This document shows, one piece after another, positions 38,000-52,639 of a stretch of DNA of 64,000 bases (position 1 is its first letter; every line of letters starts with the position of its first letter). The position numbers and the translations under genes were made by a program. The notes under the pieces were generated by a model, which worked only from the letters and a program-made list of their open reading frames with translations, did not search any database and was not told where the DNA came from. This DNA comes from Octopus vulgaris (lineage: Eukaryota): assembly GCA_951406725.2 (NCBI GenBank), contig OX597818.1, positions 127,038,001 through 127,102,000 on the forward strand. Reading direction: 5' to 3'.

Positions 38000-40700
38000 C
38001 TCTCTAGATTTGAACTGGTCAATCAGAAACCCTGAAATTAATTGTTTCTGTTGTATCTCCACATTTTCTGCAATTTTTTGCAATTGGTCTCTACACAACA
38101 AGGGTAAAGACATGTCTGTAATTGGGCTCTACAAACCCCAAAAAGCACCCTTACACTATTTCCAAAAGTGCATCGAGAAGATCAAATCTTTCCTCCTGCA
38201 ATGTAATCCAGGAAATATTCTGAAATATTCTGATGGTAGGCGACTTCAGCCTACCCCCTGTAGATTAATCTACTAATATTGTTAGACCAAGAGCCTTCAC
38301 CTCAAGCTCAGACAAAGCAACAGTGGAGTTACGTTTTAAATTTATGGATAATTTTTTTCCTGTCACGATTCATCTATGAACCAACCAGAAACAACCAAAG
38401 TGTCTTGAACCTAGTGCTAAGTAACCATACTAACGCTGTTCATAATATCACAATGGAAAGAAACCTCCTGTCCGATCTTGACATAGTAGTCTGTAGCCTC
38501 AATCTTCAGCATCCAAAAATTTGGCATAAATCACTAACTCCAGTGCACCCATTTGATAACATGGTCAAACTGGAAAGTGATCAAGTCAAACGGGAGTGCA
38601 ATCAACAACAGCAACAACTTATCGCAAGTGGACTGGTCCTGTACCCTCGCTGCCTCTATTTCAGGATACAGTCACCCATATATGCTCAAAACACACACCC
38701 TCTCGACTCATAAAGGACAGCAGGATTCCAAAACAGAGAAAAGCGCTCAGCTGGAGGATACAAAGAATAAACCGAAAAATCAATGCTCTAAAATACCACC
38801 ATTAGCATTACCCCCAATTGAGAACATTAACAACCTTGGAATCAAAGAAGCAACAACTTCAGGACTGTATGAGAACCCTCACAAATGACCAAAGAGTTGT
38901 AGAGGAAGCCTGGGCTATTAACAACATCAGGAATAATCCTAAGGTCTTTTACTCTTTTGCAAAACACATAGGACCACAGTTTCTTCTATCGGCCCACTGG
39001 TTGACGGAAACGGCATCCTTCAGGGTGATGACAAAGACATGGCTGAGACCCTGCAAAGTCAATACTGCTCTGTTTTCAGTGACCCTGATTCAGTTGACTC
39101 AAGCAGCTTTGCTTCTTTGAATCCTCAACATGCCCTTTCCGACACAACCTTCGACGCCACTGATATCCTAGCAGCAATAAAAGAAATCGAACCTGATTCA
39201 GCAGTGGGTTTAAACAGGTTCCTTGCTAGAGTGCTGAAGGAATGCAGACAGCAACTTGCAGATTCTCTTGCAAATCTCTGGAGGATATCACTGGATGCCG
39301 GTTTTATACCTCAAAACCTTCTCTCCCAGTCAGTCGTTCGTATCTTTAAAAAGAGGAATAAATCACTCCCTGTAAACTACCGTCCAATCTCACTCACCTC
39401 ACATATCTTCAAAATATTTGAGAATGCTTAGATCGAGAATAACAGCCTTCCTAGAACAAAATCATCTAAATTGTAACCAGCATGACTTTTGGGGTGGGAG
39501 GGACTGTTTAACACAGCTCCTCCACAACTTTGATGACATCTTAAATTCACTAAGTGAGAGCTCCAACGCAGATATCGCGTACCTTGATTTCAGCAAGGCC
39601 TTTGACAGAGTCGGCTACGATATATTAAGGAAACTATCCAACGCGAGAGTCATTGGAAAGCTACAGCAATGGATTAGGTATTTCCTAACAAAGAGGACCC
39701 AGCATCCACTCAAAACTAGCAAGGGCCATCAGCGGAGCCCCGCAGGGTACTGTGCTGGGTCCACTTCTTTTTATTGTCTATATCAATGACATTGCAGATT
39801 CCATTGAACATAGCACCATTAAAATATTTGCTAATGACTCTAAGCTCCAGAAAGTCATTAAGGGAGCATATGATCGAACGATGATTCAATCGGACATATG
39901 CGCAGTAACCCATTGGGCACAAAAAAAAAGAAAAGAAACAATATGCAGTTGAATGAAGAAAAATTTGAGCTCATCCACTTTGGAAAAGAAGGCACACTCA
40001 AACAATCATATATATTAGCGTCGGGAGACCTACTCGAACTGTCGGATAATATCGGAGACTTAGGTGTAACTGTTGACAGCAACCTTAGCTGGAGCGTGCA
40101 CATCAACAAAAAAGTCGATGTTGTCGGCAGAATGTGCTCATGGATCCTCAGAACTTTTCTATCTAGGGATCATGAAACCTATTTCTTTATTACCCACAAG
40201 GGGCTAAACACAGAGGGGAGCATGAAACCATCCTTCTCTTCTCTACATTCGCTAGACCTCACCTCGAATACTGCTGCTCTTTGTGGTCCCCCTACAAAAA
40301 ACAAGACATAATGAGGATCGAAGCGCCACAAAGATCAATCATTAAAAAAAATAAATGGCATGATGAGACTTGATTATTGGGCTCGACTAAAACAGCTGTA
40401 ACTATTCTCTGCAACGCCGCTGTGAGCGATTCATTATTTGAACCACGTGGAAAATATTTCACCAATATTTTCCAAATGATATCGGTATTATGTTTTCAAT
40501 TCACTCAAGACTAGGCCCGTGTCAGTGCATCCCCTACAAAGGTCGAGATCAATCACATAAGAACATTGCGACACAACTTCTTCACTGCAAATGGTCCTGC
40601 ACTTTTTTCAATGTTATCTCGAAAGAAATTAAAGTAGAAAAAGACCGCACAACTTTCAAACGGTACCTGGACAATTTCTTTGACCTAATTTAGGATTTAG
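38000..40700 (+). mobile_element. CR1-like LINE ORF2 pseudogene (EN plus RT)
   Basis: EPTRNNQSVLNLVL, NNPKVFYSF, NYRPISLTSHIFKIFE, YLDFSKAFDRV, LGPLLFIVYINDI, FANDSKL, DLGVTVDSNLSW. Many frameshifts. Confidence 0.92.
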
Positions 40701-40961
40701 TATTCGTGATTCGAAATTCAAATCTAGGGTCATTATATGGTCAACTGATAACCTTTTTTAAGGCTGTATCAGGTTTCCAAATTTCCAACTCCCATGCTTT
40801 GTACTCAAAAGCTATGATCCCCTGTCACACATAATAATAGCTAAACCAACATAACCCTAGTTCGCTTCAAACCACGACTGTGACTAAACCTTAAATAAAG
40901 CTGCATAGACTCTTAACCAGCTGGATGAAACTGGGTGCAAATGCGATTGTGAGATATTTAA

Positions 40962-41807
40962 CCCCTTAATGGATCAATTATTTTGACATGGCGTTTCATT
41001 TCAGAGCATTTTTTAATTCCCTTTTTTAATTATATATACCATTAATTACAATTACAAAAAAAGTTTTTTTTATTTTGTTTCTTTTATTTTTTATTATAGA
41101 AATTAAAATGTACTTTTACTAATTTGGATTTAAACGAGTTAACTCGGACATTGAAAAAATACATATAACTTAACTGTCATCGATTTTTTTATAAGATGTA
41201 TTGCTTTTAAATCAAAGGAATTTTTTTAAAAAATGAGATAGTTTATTTAGAATATTTTTTTAAGCGAGGAGTTACATAGTTATCTTGCAGACATCACTCT
41301 TATATCTGCTTTCTCTTTGAATCTTCTTTCCTTTAGCGTCTCTCTTCTCTGCGCATTTTGCACACTGTCTAGCAGGGTTCATTTTCTTATCACTTGGTGG
41401 TATTTCCATGGGAAAGTGACCAGCTGGGGCAAATCTTGTTGAATGTAGACGATGATGGTCTTCCTAGTTTCGCGGGAGGCAATAAGGGCCTATATTTTTC
41501 AATAATCTTGGTGATTATTTGGATTCTAAATTTCAGGGGTTTCATAGCAGAAGCTGAAGTTTCCAAAGATGCTTTATACAAAACATAAGCATTCCAGATA
41601 GCCAAATCCAGCAAATGAAAAAAAATATTTATTTTGTTTTTAAACAACGCATGTAAATTCGTGATTGCTCAAAAATGAAACGACACAAAACAAATAAACT
41701 CGTTTGAGTGCTAAAATTAAAAGTTAATTCTGACCGAGTAAATACGTCTGGTTCTAAAAAGATACATTTGCGATGCACGAGTAAACTAGGGATAATTCAT
41801 TAAGGGG
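40962..41807 (-). mobile_element. Internally deleted piggyBac element
   Basis: TTAA TSDs at 40958 and 41808, and 13-bp TIRs ccccttaatg(g/a)at. ORF 41390-41647 (IFFHLLDLAIWNAYVLY) is a piggyBac transposase C-terminus. Confidence 0.9.
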
Positions 41808-42059
41808 TTAAATTAAATATGCTGCATAATTGACTGTAAAAATAAACATGTGTAGATGTATTATTCTCCATATTCATTGTAATTGTCATGGAGATACATT
41901 CGATAAACTATTTATAATCCAGTGAAATGAACCTTCGGATTAAATACATTGGGATCGCTTACCCCAAATAATCCTAGGTTTTACTTACCACTTGCTGCAG
42001 TTAGCCATAACTCGATTATAATTCAGTACCTGAACGGTATCCGTCCGGATATATTATCC

Positions 42060-42133
<74 letters not shown>

Positions 42134-42144
42134 GTCTGTCTGTA

Positions 42145-42234
<90 letters not shown>

Positions 42235-42235
42235 A

Positions 42236-42432
42236 GGCAGCGAGCTGGCTGAAACGTTAGCACACCAGGCGAAATGCTTAGTGAAATCTAAGTTGAAATT
42301 CCCTCGATGTCGACTCTGCCTTTCATCCTTTTAGGTTCGATAAATTAAGTACCAGTTGCCTACAGGGGTCCATCTAATCGACTGGTCCCTCCCCCAATAT
42401 TTCGGGCCATGTGCCTAGATTAGAAAAGAATA
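42236..42432 (+). mobile_element. SINE family B-related, diverged
   Basis: ggcagcgagctggctgaaacgttagc...gcctttcatcc...taagtaccagtt. Confidence 0.75.
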
Positions 42433-43177
42433 TTCCTATCTATCTGTTATTCTATTTACCTATGTAGCTATCAATCGATCGATCCAACATCCAACTGTCA
42501 ATTCTACACACACACACACAAACATACACTCATAAACACACACATAAACACACGCACATAATCATGTAACTGTAACCTGTAATTATCGATTGAAGTAACT
42601 ACTCCTACTACCAACTATAGAGTAAATAAACAAAAATAAACAAATAAATCAACAAGCAAATGCAGGTTTCTCAAGTTTATGTCGAATTCCAATCATTATG
42701 GGACTGATTGATTGATAGCACTGATTGACTGTTTAAATCTTTCATCGATTCATATCAAGCGATTCACAGACTTCATTTACTACGAAGCTCTCATTGTTTC
42801 AGTTCCTTTTCGATTCCTCTGTTGGTTATTCTGTATTATAGGCATTCATTAGTGTTTTGTCTTAGTCTCTTGTGACCGATGTTTTCATTATATATTTATT
42901 ATTCTTAATTCTTTTACAGTTGTTGTTCCTGTCGTTGTTGTAGCAGATGGTGTTGAATCGCCTAAATTTTTCCATAATTTTATTCTTTTAAAAACTCAAA
43001 TCTCTAAGCAGCTACATACATACATACACAAACATGCATATATATACACAGTCCTATATATCTACATGTACTTATAAGAATACATATATGTGTATATACA
43101 TATACATACATACATACATACATACTTGCACATGCATGTATATATACATAAAAATTCATGAGCATATGAACATATAT

Positions 43178-43297
<120 letters not shown>

Positions 43298-43918
43298 CAT
43301 ATGTATATATATATATATACATATATATATATAATACATATATATACATATACATATATACATATAAATATATGTGTGTGTGTGTATGGGTACATATACA
43401 TGTACCTGACCATATATGTACATATGTATATATACAAATACATTTATATATATTGTATATATGTAGGTATAAATACACACATATATATATATGCATATAG
43501 ATGTGTATGGATGGATATATACATATATAGAGACACTCACACAGACATATATGCCTGCAAATGTATGTATATGTATGGATAGGTATACATGTGAATGCCT
43601 ACGTATGTCCGTATAGGTGTGTATGTGTGAGTGTGCTGTGTGTAGCTTGATTATACAAGATGGTTTCCAGCAGCACTCTGTGTGGATATCAGCTATCCGC
43701 AGAGAATATATATCAGTTTTACAATTAACACCACCTGTGTAGTTTACAACTTTTCTGCTTTCGCTTGGAACTTTATAACCGACACAAACAAAATATACAC
43801 TGCATATATTTATATATATATATATATATGTAATTATCTCCTTTCTATATCTCTTTCTATATCTCTCAGTCTCTTTCTCTCTCTCTGTATGTGTGTATAT
43901 ATATATACGTATACACAA

Positions 43919-43954
<36 letters not shown>

Positions 43955-44140
43955 CCTCTTGTGTGTGTGCGTGTGTTGCTGACGTCAAATGAATTTAAAA
44001 GCTTTTGAGAAAACGCGAAATAATTATTCTTTGGAGTTATGTATCTCAAAACAAATAAAGTTATAATCTTTCTCTATCCAACGGGTTTTTCTCTCCATTC
44101 TTACGTGCAATTCTTTGTAGCTTTCTCTGCTTCGAGTCTC

Positions 44141-44313
44141 AGGTGCGGCTGTGTGGTAAGAATTATGCTTCCTAACCACATCGATTCGGATTCAGTCTCA
44201 CTGCGTTGCATTCTGGGCAAGTCCCTTCTACTATAGCCTCAAGCCGACCAACAGCTTGTGAGTGGATTTCGTAGACGGAAACTGAGAAAAGACTGTCGTA
44301 TATACATCTAGAG

Positions 44314-44398
<85 letters not shown>

Positions 44399-44650
44399 TG
44401 TGTGTGTCGGTGTGAGTGTGCGCGTGTGTGTATGTGTGCGCGCGTGTATATGTGTGCGCGTGTGTGTGTGTCTTGTGTGTGAGTCTGTGTGCGCGTGTGC
44501 GTACGTGTGCCTGTGTCTGTTTGTGTCTGTGTTTGCTCCCTTCACCGCTTGACAATCGGCGTTGGTTTGTTGTCTTCCAGTAGTTCGACTAAACCCTGCA
44601 AGGCAGTGGTCCAGTAGTGCCTCAGTCGAATGACTAAAACAAGTGAGAGA
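44141..44650 (+). mobile_element. SINE family A, diverged, with internal (TG)n expansion
   Basis: ggctgtgtggtaag head and gagtggatttcgtagacggaaactga. (TG)n replaces (TA)n. Confidence 0.75.
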
Positions 44651-45089
44651 TAGTAGACGTATGCTTAAATCCTTTAAAATGTTTTAGCCCGAAGGCCGCG
44701 GCGATGCTGGGGCACCACTGCTTACATATTCATTTGTAAATAATCGTGAATTTATATGCACTAAATGTATCTCTAGGTATGTGCTGTTTTTATGGAAGTC
44801 TGCTAATGTATATATGTATGTCTTTAAGAGTGTTTGATTCTCTGTATATGTTTGCATAATGTGTGAAATGCCGAACCGTTAAGTTACTAGGATATAAATA
44901 CACCAACATCGATTGTCAAGCGATGGTGGGGGAAAACACAAAGACATACACACACGTACATACAAATATATATATATATATATACATATATATATTCGAT
45001 AAGATTCTTTCAGTTTCCATCTACCAAATCCACTCACTAGGCTTTGGTCGGTCCGAAGCTTTAGTATTAGGTTGTCACACGTGAAATGT

Positions 45090-46020
45090 CGTATTTGACA
45101 GGTAGCAATAAAGTGTTCCAGAAATGTTAGAGAACTGATTTATTTAATCAAATTATGATCCACGTTCATTTATGACCTTAACCCAACGTTTCTCTAAGTC
45201 ATATATTCCATCTTTTAAAAGAATTTCATCTTTTGCTGTGATAAACTGTCCGAATGCTTCAATTACCTTTTCCCTGTTTAAGAATGCTTTATTGTGTATG
45301 AAAAGCTCAAAATGCTTAAATAAGTAAGAGAGATGTCAGGGGAATAAGGAGGACTTTGCGAAATCTCATAATTCTGGCTTTGCAACTTTTGAACCCTAGC
45401 TTGAGAAGTTTAAGGACGTGCATTCACTAGTCTGGGTTGCTTCTTTTTCAAATCCTCATGCGTACAATCAATTTTCGAGCAATACGAGGTTGCTGTTACA
45501 GTTTTCCCTTATTGCAAAGATGACTAATGAATAACCTCCTTCGCGGACCATCATACAGGGACCACTAACTTTTTAGGGTGCAATGGTGGTTTTGGGTAGT
45601 GTTTAGGTGACTCTCCTGACTCTAATCACTGTCCTGTTCTCCTGCTGTCGTCAAAGATTTCTCACCACATGTAATGATTCGATGCAAAAATGGTTATTTT
45701 TCCAGTCGAGAAAGCAATAAGGAGCATACTTCGAGACGCCTGTTTTTGGGGCTTTTTAAAAATTTCTTTCAGTTGATGTGGAACAAACCTATCCATTTCT
45801 GGACTTTTCCAATTTTTTTTCAGGTGTGGAGCAACAGTTGTGCGACTTCTGATGAAAGTCTATGGACCGTTGTTCTCGGATTTTGTTCAACCAAAACATT
45901 TCATCACCATCTGTGAAAAGTTCTTATGTCAACAAAACCATTAGCAAAGCCCGCTTGATATTCCGTAGAGCTTCCGCGGCAGAGTGACCCAGTTTGTACT
46001 CATACAAGAAAATAACTCAG
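45090..46020 (-). mobile_element. Highly degenerate mariner transposase relic
   Basis: Minus-strand remnants such as SPPYSPD and the upstream IVTCGEK (TxDEK-like) motif. Confidence 0.6.
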
Positions 46021-46723
46021 CATTGTTTACTGTTATCATTTTCATAAGGCCTGTGAGTACGAATTTTGTATACCAATATTGTTTGGAAAGGAAAAGAGTC
46101 AAGATTAAATGCAAGGGTATGCATAATTGAGTTTTTAAATGACTGAAATGGCAAGTAATTAAAAATGCAACATTTCATGTGTGATAACCTAATAGAAGAT
46201 ACTTGCCCAAGGTGCCAGACAAGGGGACTGAACTTTGAAGCGTGTGGTTGGGAAGCAAGCTTCTTACGACACAGACATGCCAATGTTTATTTTTGTGTTT
46301 AAATGTATGTGTATATACATGTGAGATGTTGTGAACGTGTATAATCTTATGATATTTTACTCCGCTTTCAAACAGGACTAAAGTTAAAGTTGTTTGTTAT
46401 TCAAACTTCTTGTCCTGAATACAAGCATTTCAACGAAAATTTTTCATGAAACACTTAAACAAAACCAAAATTGACAAGCAGAACCAACAAAAATACAGAA
46501 ATAGATTTTTAAAAATTTATAAATATATTAATTAAATCAATCGATAAAATAGCGAATAATTCGATCCTAGTTAAATCAAAAGAAAACTGACAACTTTAAC
46601 ATTCGTTAAACACAATCTCAATGAGTATTTTGTCTCTAACGTTTTCTCAAATTCTATTCTATAAGATCGCGTTCATTTTTTAACTCATCGTCGTCATCAC
46701 CTTAATGCTCATCATCGCCCACC

Positions 46724-46811
<88 letters not shown>

Positions 46812-46859
46812 GTCCATCTATCTGTATGTGTGTGTACGTGTGTGCATGTGTACATACAT

Positions 46860-46903
<44 letters not shown>

Positions 46904-46944
46904 GTGTATACATGCATACACACCTGCATACATAGATACACATA

Positions 46945-46999
<55 letters not shown>

Positions 47000-47144
47000 T
47001 TATATATAGAGGGCATTATACATACATGCCAGAAGGCATTATACATACATGCCAAACGCTAAGAGGGACAATTAGTCATTTCTACCAAAAATATTACTAA
47101 TCCCACCGAATGCAATTTTTCAAAGTAAGACATTTAAAAAATAT

Positions 47145-47192
47145 AGACCTGTATCACAGTGATTTCATACTTACGTACTCATCAGCAGGCCT
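47145..47192 (-). ncRNA. Type I hammerhead ribozyme
   Basis: Minus strand reads aggcctg-CTGATGA-GTAC-gtaa-GTAT-GAAA-TCA-ctg-TGA-TA-caggtct. It has a 7-bp stem I, a GNRA-capped stem II, a palindromic stem III and an AUA triplet. Confidence 0.85.
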
Positions 47193-47292
47193 GAATGCAT
47201 TATAAATAAACAACGACCCTGCCCCGCTTAAGTCGATCAGCTAACTGTTCAACATCAACGAAGCACATGGGTGAGTTTACATATATTACATC

Positions 47293-47389
<97 letters not shown>

Positions 47390-47410
47390 GGTGAATACTC
47401 GTTATAAATA

Positions 47411-47675
47411 TCACCACCAGTGGCCTAGCATGTATAAAAAGTCAATAGACAACATATTCGTATTTCAAAATAGAAAATTACCCTTTAACAGGTAATTTTA
47501 CATGCTAGAAATAGCAGTCAACACGGCCAAAAACCACAATTTTATAGCAAATTTCGAAGAGGTTTTTATTTTTCATTTACTTCGAAATTTGCTATAAAAT
47601 TGTGGTTCTTGGCCGTATTGGCTGCTATTTCTAGCATGTAAAATTACCTGTTAAAGGGTAATTTACTTTTTTGAA

Positions 47676-47679
<4 letters not shown>
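47411..47679. repeat. Fold-back element (about 100-bp arms, 20-nt spacer) ending in (TA)n
   Basis: Arms at 47460-47559 and 47580-47679. The leader is shared with 19057. Confidence 0.9.
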
Positions 47680-47721
<42 letters not shown>

Positions 47722-48226
47722 TTGTATTTATGTATCTATGTAGGTATAATTTACCGAGCACTTTCACAAACTCGCGCTAACCTTGCACAAGTGCGCATTT
47801 GCAAATGTAGACATATGTGTACGAGCATACGTGTGTATATCTGTAAGTAATCTGTACGCTTGTGTTGTAGGTGTGTTTCCGCTTGCACTTGATAATGATC
47901 TTGCATTTTACCGTTTCCTACAATTTAGGTATTTGCACTTATTCGTGTACTTGAGCGTAGATGCATAAACTACCTCCATGTATATGTGTGTGTGTGTGTG
48001 TGTATGTGTGCGTGTTTGTGTTTGTGTGTGTGTGTTTATGCTGTTTGCACTATACGGCATGTACTGCATGCGTGCGCATGCACATAAGACTTAACGTGTA
48101 TTTATGAACGCGTATATGAGATAGTGTATGTGTGTGTATATGCGTGGTTTCGTGTATGTGTGCGTGTGTGTGTTTTGGGGTGTGTGTATGTGTGTGTGTG
48201 TTTGTGTGTATGTATGCGTTTGTACC

Positions 48227-48278
<52 letters not shown>

Positions 48279-48299
48279 TGTGTGTGTGTGTGTGTGTGT

Positions 48300-48350
<51 letters not shown>

Positions 48351-48659
48351 TATGTATGTGCAGTAAACCTTTTCTTCCAATAATACACAAGCTGAATTTC
48401 CATGGCTATTAAATAGGTATTCTCCAGCAATCATAGTGGTGAGTGAGAGAACGGGTGTCTTTGGGTAGTTTGCTAAAGAAGAAAATGCAATGAAGATGCC
48501 ATTTCCGGTACAATACCCCGACGGCTTTCCGAAATCTTTGATTGGAATTGCTGGCCAGTCGTTAAGGAAAGAAAGTTTTACAAAGCAGTTGCTCGCGCAC
48601 AATTTCAAACACGTTCAATGTATGTATATACACAGAGACGCCAGAACTTATATTTTGTG

Positions 48660-48725
48660 CCTATGTATGTATGTCTATATGTATGTATGTATGTATGTAT
48701 GTATATATGTGTGTATGTATGTATG

Positions 48726-48756
<31 letters not shown>

Positions 48757-49110
48757 GTATGTATGTATGTATGTATGTATGTATATATGTGTGTATGTAT
48801 GTATGTATGTATGTATGTATGTATGTATGTATGTATGTATGCAGGTAGGTAGGTAGGTAGGTATGTGTATGTATGTATGTAAGTATGTATGCATGTATTA
48901 TGTATGTATACACATATGTATGTATGTATGTATGTATGCATGTATGTATGTATGTATGTATGTATGTATGTATGCAGGTATTTAGGTAGGTAGGTATGTG
49001 TATGTATGTACGCATGTATTATGTATGTATACACGTATGCATGTATACACGTATGTATGTATGCATGTATGTATGTATGTGTATGTGTGTATGTTTGTGT
49101 ATGTATGTCC
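48660..49110. repeat. (TATG)n-rich compound microsatellite
   Basis: Directly visible. Confidence 0.95.
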
Positions 49111-49127
49111 CTCTCTCTTTCTCTCTC

Positions 49128-49183
<56 letters not shown>

Positions 49184-49383
49184 TGTGTGTATGCATATGT
49201 ATATTTTAGTGAAAGAGTAAGTCATAAACTCATGTATACACATACGTATATTTGTGTCTCTCAATCTTATTAAGGAAGCAAGCTCACATACTTAGAAAGG
49301 AAGGGATAGGCCGACAATATGGACATGGGTACACATTCCCACATATTTACGTATGTTTGTGTATATAATGTGGGAGATATAAT

Positions 49384-49445
<62 letters not shown>

Positions 49446-49446
49446 T

Positions 49447-50208
49447 GTTTCTTTATTAGCCACACAGGGCTGCACACAGATAGAACAAATTACAAGGTAG
49501 AGCTTTTCTTTTGAAGGTTTAAAAGAATAAAAAAAAATAATAATAATAATAAAATAAAAAATAAAATAAAATAAAAAAGGGGGGGTCGATCAAAAGGGAT
49601 CGTAAAAGGAGAGAAAGAGGACAAAAAAAGGGGGGTTAAAAAAAAAAAGGGGGAGGAAAAAAAATTGATCAATAGGGATCGTTATCACAGAAATGTCAAT
49701 ATGAAGTGTAAAGGGGAGGACAGGTGAGGTTTACCCGTGGAAAGAAAAGCCTACGGAAAAGACCACGGTAACCTCGGTCAATGAAGCCACATGTTATATT
49801 TCTTTTTTTTTTTTTTTTGCAAATAAGCAACTCTCTGTATTAATTTTTATGGTTCATAGAATCATAGTCAAGGTGGCTTCGTCATTCATACGTGCCATCC
49901 TTGCTACATTCACCCATCTTGTTTTAAAACATTCACTAGACAAAACTTGCCTCTCTACTCTCACTTTTTTCTTCAAGTGATACTTGAAGAAGTTGATGAG
50001 AGATTGACCAGAGAGGAAAGTGTTTGTCTCTAATCCTTTCAGACGCGTCCACCAGATACATTCTTTCGCCATAGCCACAAGTATGATAAAAATAGCTCTT
50101 CCTTCCCGTTTGAAGGAAGGAGGCGTGACGATATTAACGATAGACTCGGCGGATAAACCGACACGTCCCACACGTGACAGCAGTCGTTCGACATAAGCCC
50201 ACAGGTGG

Positions 50209-50211
<3 letters not shown>
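49447..50211 (-). mobile_element. Tx1/L1-like non-LTR 3' end, copy 1, within (GATA)n
   Basis: ORF 49854-50171 (..[13 protein letters not shown]..) followed by a pyrimidine-rich 3' UTR and aataaagaaa, then (TATC)n. Confidence 0.7.
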
Positions 50212-50247
<36 letters not shown>

Positions 50248-50278
50248 GGATGGATGGATGGATGGATGGATAGACGGC

Positions 50279-50379
<101 letters not shown>

Positions 50380-50410
50380 GGATGGATGGATGGATGGATG
50401 GATAGACGGC

Positions 50411-50475
<65 letters not shown>

Positions 50476-50511
50476 GGTTTGATGGATGGATGGATGAATG
50501 GCCAGTAAGAT

Positions 50512-51306
50512 AAGTTTCTTTATTGGCCACACAGGGCTGCACACAGATGGGACAAGTTACAAGGTAGAGCTTTTCTTTTGGGGGATGAAGAGAACAAAAA
50601 ACAAAAGAAAAAGAAAAGGGGGTGGCGTAGGTTTTCGATCAAGAGGGATCGTAAAAGGGAAGAAAAGAACAAAAACAGAAAGAAAAAAAAAATTAAATAA
50701 AATAAAAAGAATAAAAAGAAAAAAAAAGAAAAGGAAAAGGAACAAAAGGAAAGAGAAATGAAAAAAGAAGAAAAAAGGGGAAAAAAAAGGGGAAGAGGAA
50801 AAAAAGAACGATCAATAGGGATCGTGTATCACAGTGTTATGATATATGGTGTAAAGGGGAAAGCAAGTAAGGTTTATCCGTGGGAAGAAAAGCCTACGAA
50901 AAAGACCACGGTAACCTTGGTCAATATTGTTATATGTTACCACATTTGTTTGCAAGTGGGTAACCCTCTGTTTTCAATTTCTGGGTTCATAGGATTATGC
51001 TCAAGGTGGCTTCGTCATTCATACGTGCCATCCTTGCTACATTCACCCATCTTTTTTTAAAACATTCGCTAGACAAAACTTGCCTCTCTACTCTCACTTT
51101 CCTTTTCAAGTGGTACTTGAAGAAGTTGATGAGAGATTGACCAGAGAGGAAAGTGTTTGTCTCCAATCCTTTCAGACGCGTCCACCAGATACATTCTTTC
51201 GCCATAGCCACAAGGATGATGAAAATAGCTCTTCCTTCCCGTTTGAAGGAAGGAGGCGTGACAATATTGACGATAGACTCAGCTGATAAACCGACTCGTC
51301 CCACAC
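50512..51306 (-). mobile_element. Tx1/L1-like non-LTR 3' end, copy 2, within (GATA)n
   Basis: ORF 50987-51304 is nearly identical to copy 1, while the UTR has diverged. Confidence 0.7.
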
Positions 51307-51389
<83 letters not shown>

Positions 51390-51390
51390 T

Positions 51391-51468
<78 letters not shown>

Positions 51469-52303
51469 GATAGGTTAGGAAATTACCTTTTACGTATAAG
51501 CATATAACCCAGACTAATTATGACATTATAACAGAAAAGATATTATAACAGATTAAGCTTTCTTATATTGTATCACCTAATCTTTACTACTATAATCTTA
51601 AATCGTGTTTCATAACCTTTTCTACTAACGGGAGTTAACCACACAGACATTATCCTATGCTACACGAAATATAAGGAAGAAATATCCATTCAGTTGAACG
51701 AGAAATGGTAATACTCCGCCCGTCCCCCATTTTAAATCGAATATAGAACACTAACCATGAACGCCAACCCATTTGAATTTCATTTCTCAGTTTATAAGAG
51801 CGGTCTTAATATACGTACAAAATCACAAAAGTGGCCACAATGTTGGTCTTTTTTTCTTTTTCTTGTCTTGTATTTTTCAACGAATAACGAGAGTTACGTT
51901 GATGAGAGAGAGACCAGTCTTTCACATAATTTTGTACAAGAAAATAAACATTATTTCCTCGAGTTTGAAAAGAGATTCCCAAAGAATCAGATACCTGCTA
52001 CCATCACCGGGGTAAATTCAATTTAAAACTCTATGTGCAAACTGTAAATAGTTCAGTTTGAAAAATTTGAACTGCCAACTCATATTTGGCACTCTATATC
52101 CGTTTCTTGCATTTCCATACTAGGAAGAAACAACACATACATACATACATACATACATACATACATACATACATACATACATACATTACATACATACATA
52201 CATTACATACATACATGCCTACATACATACATACATACATACGTACATACATACATACATACATACATACATACATACATACATACATACATACATACAT
52301 ACA

Positions 52304-52334
<31 letters not shown>

Positions 52335-52495
52335 GACATGCATCCACACATACATGTATGCATGCTTGCCTATTACACAATAATATTGACAATCTAAGAT
52401 GCCGGAAGTTACAGAAACTAATTTTCGAATTACTGCAATAGACGTCCTTTCACAGTTTGACATACAAGTTCACAGTGAATCTAGTAGTAGTAGTT

Positions 52496-52574
<79 letters not shown>

Positions 52575-52639
52575 CTGCAGCAGCAGTAGCAGCAGCAGCA
52601 ATAGTAGTTACCACGATTGTAGAAAGTTGATATAGTGTA

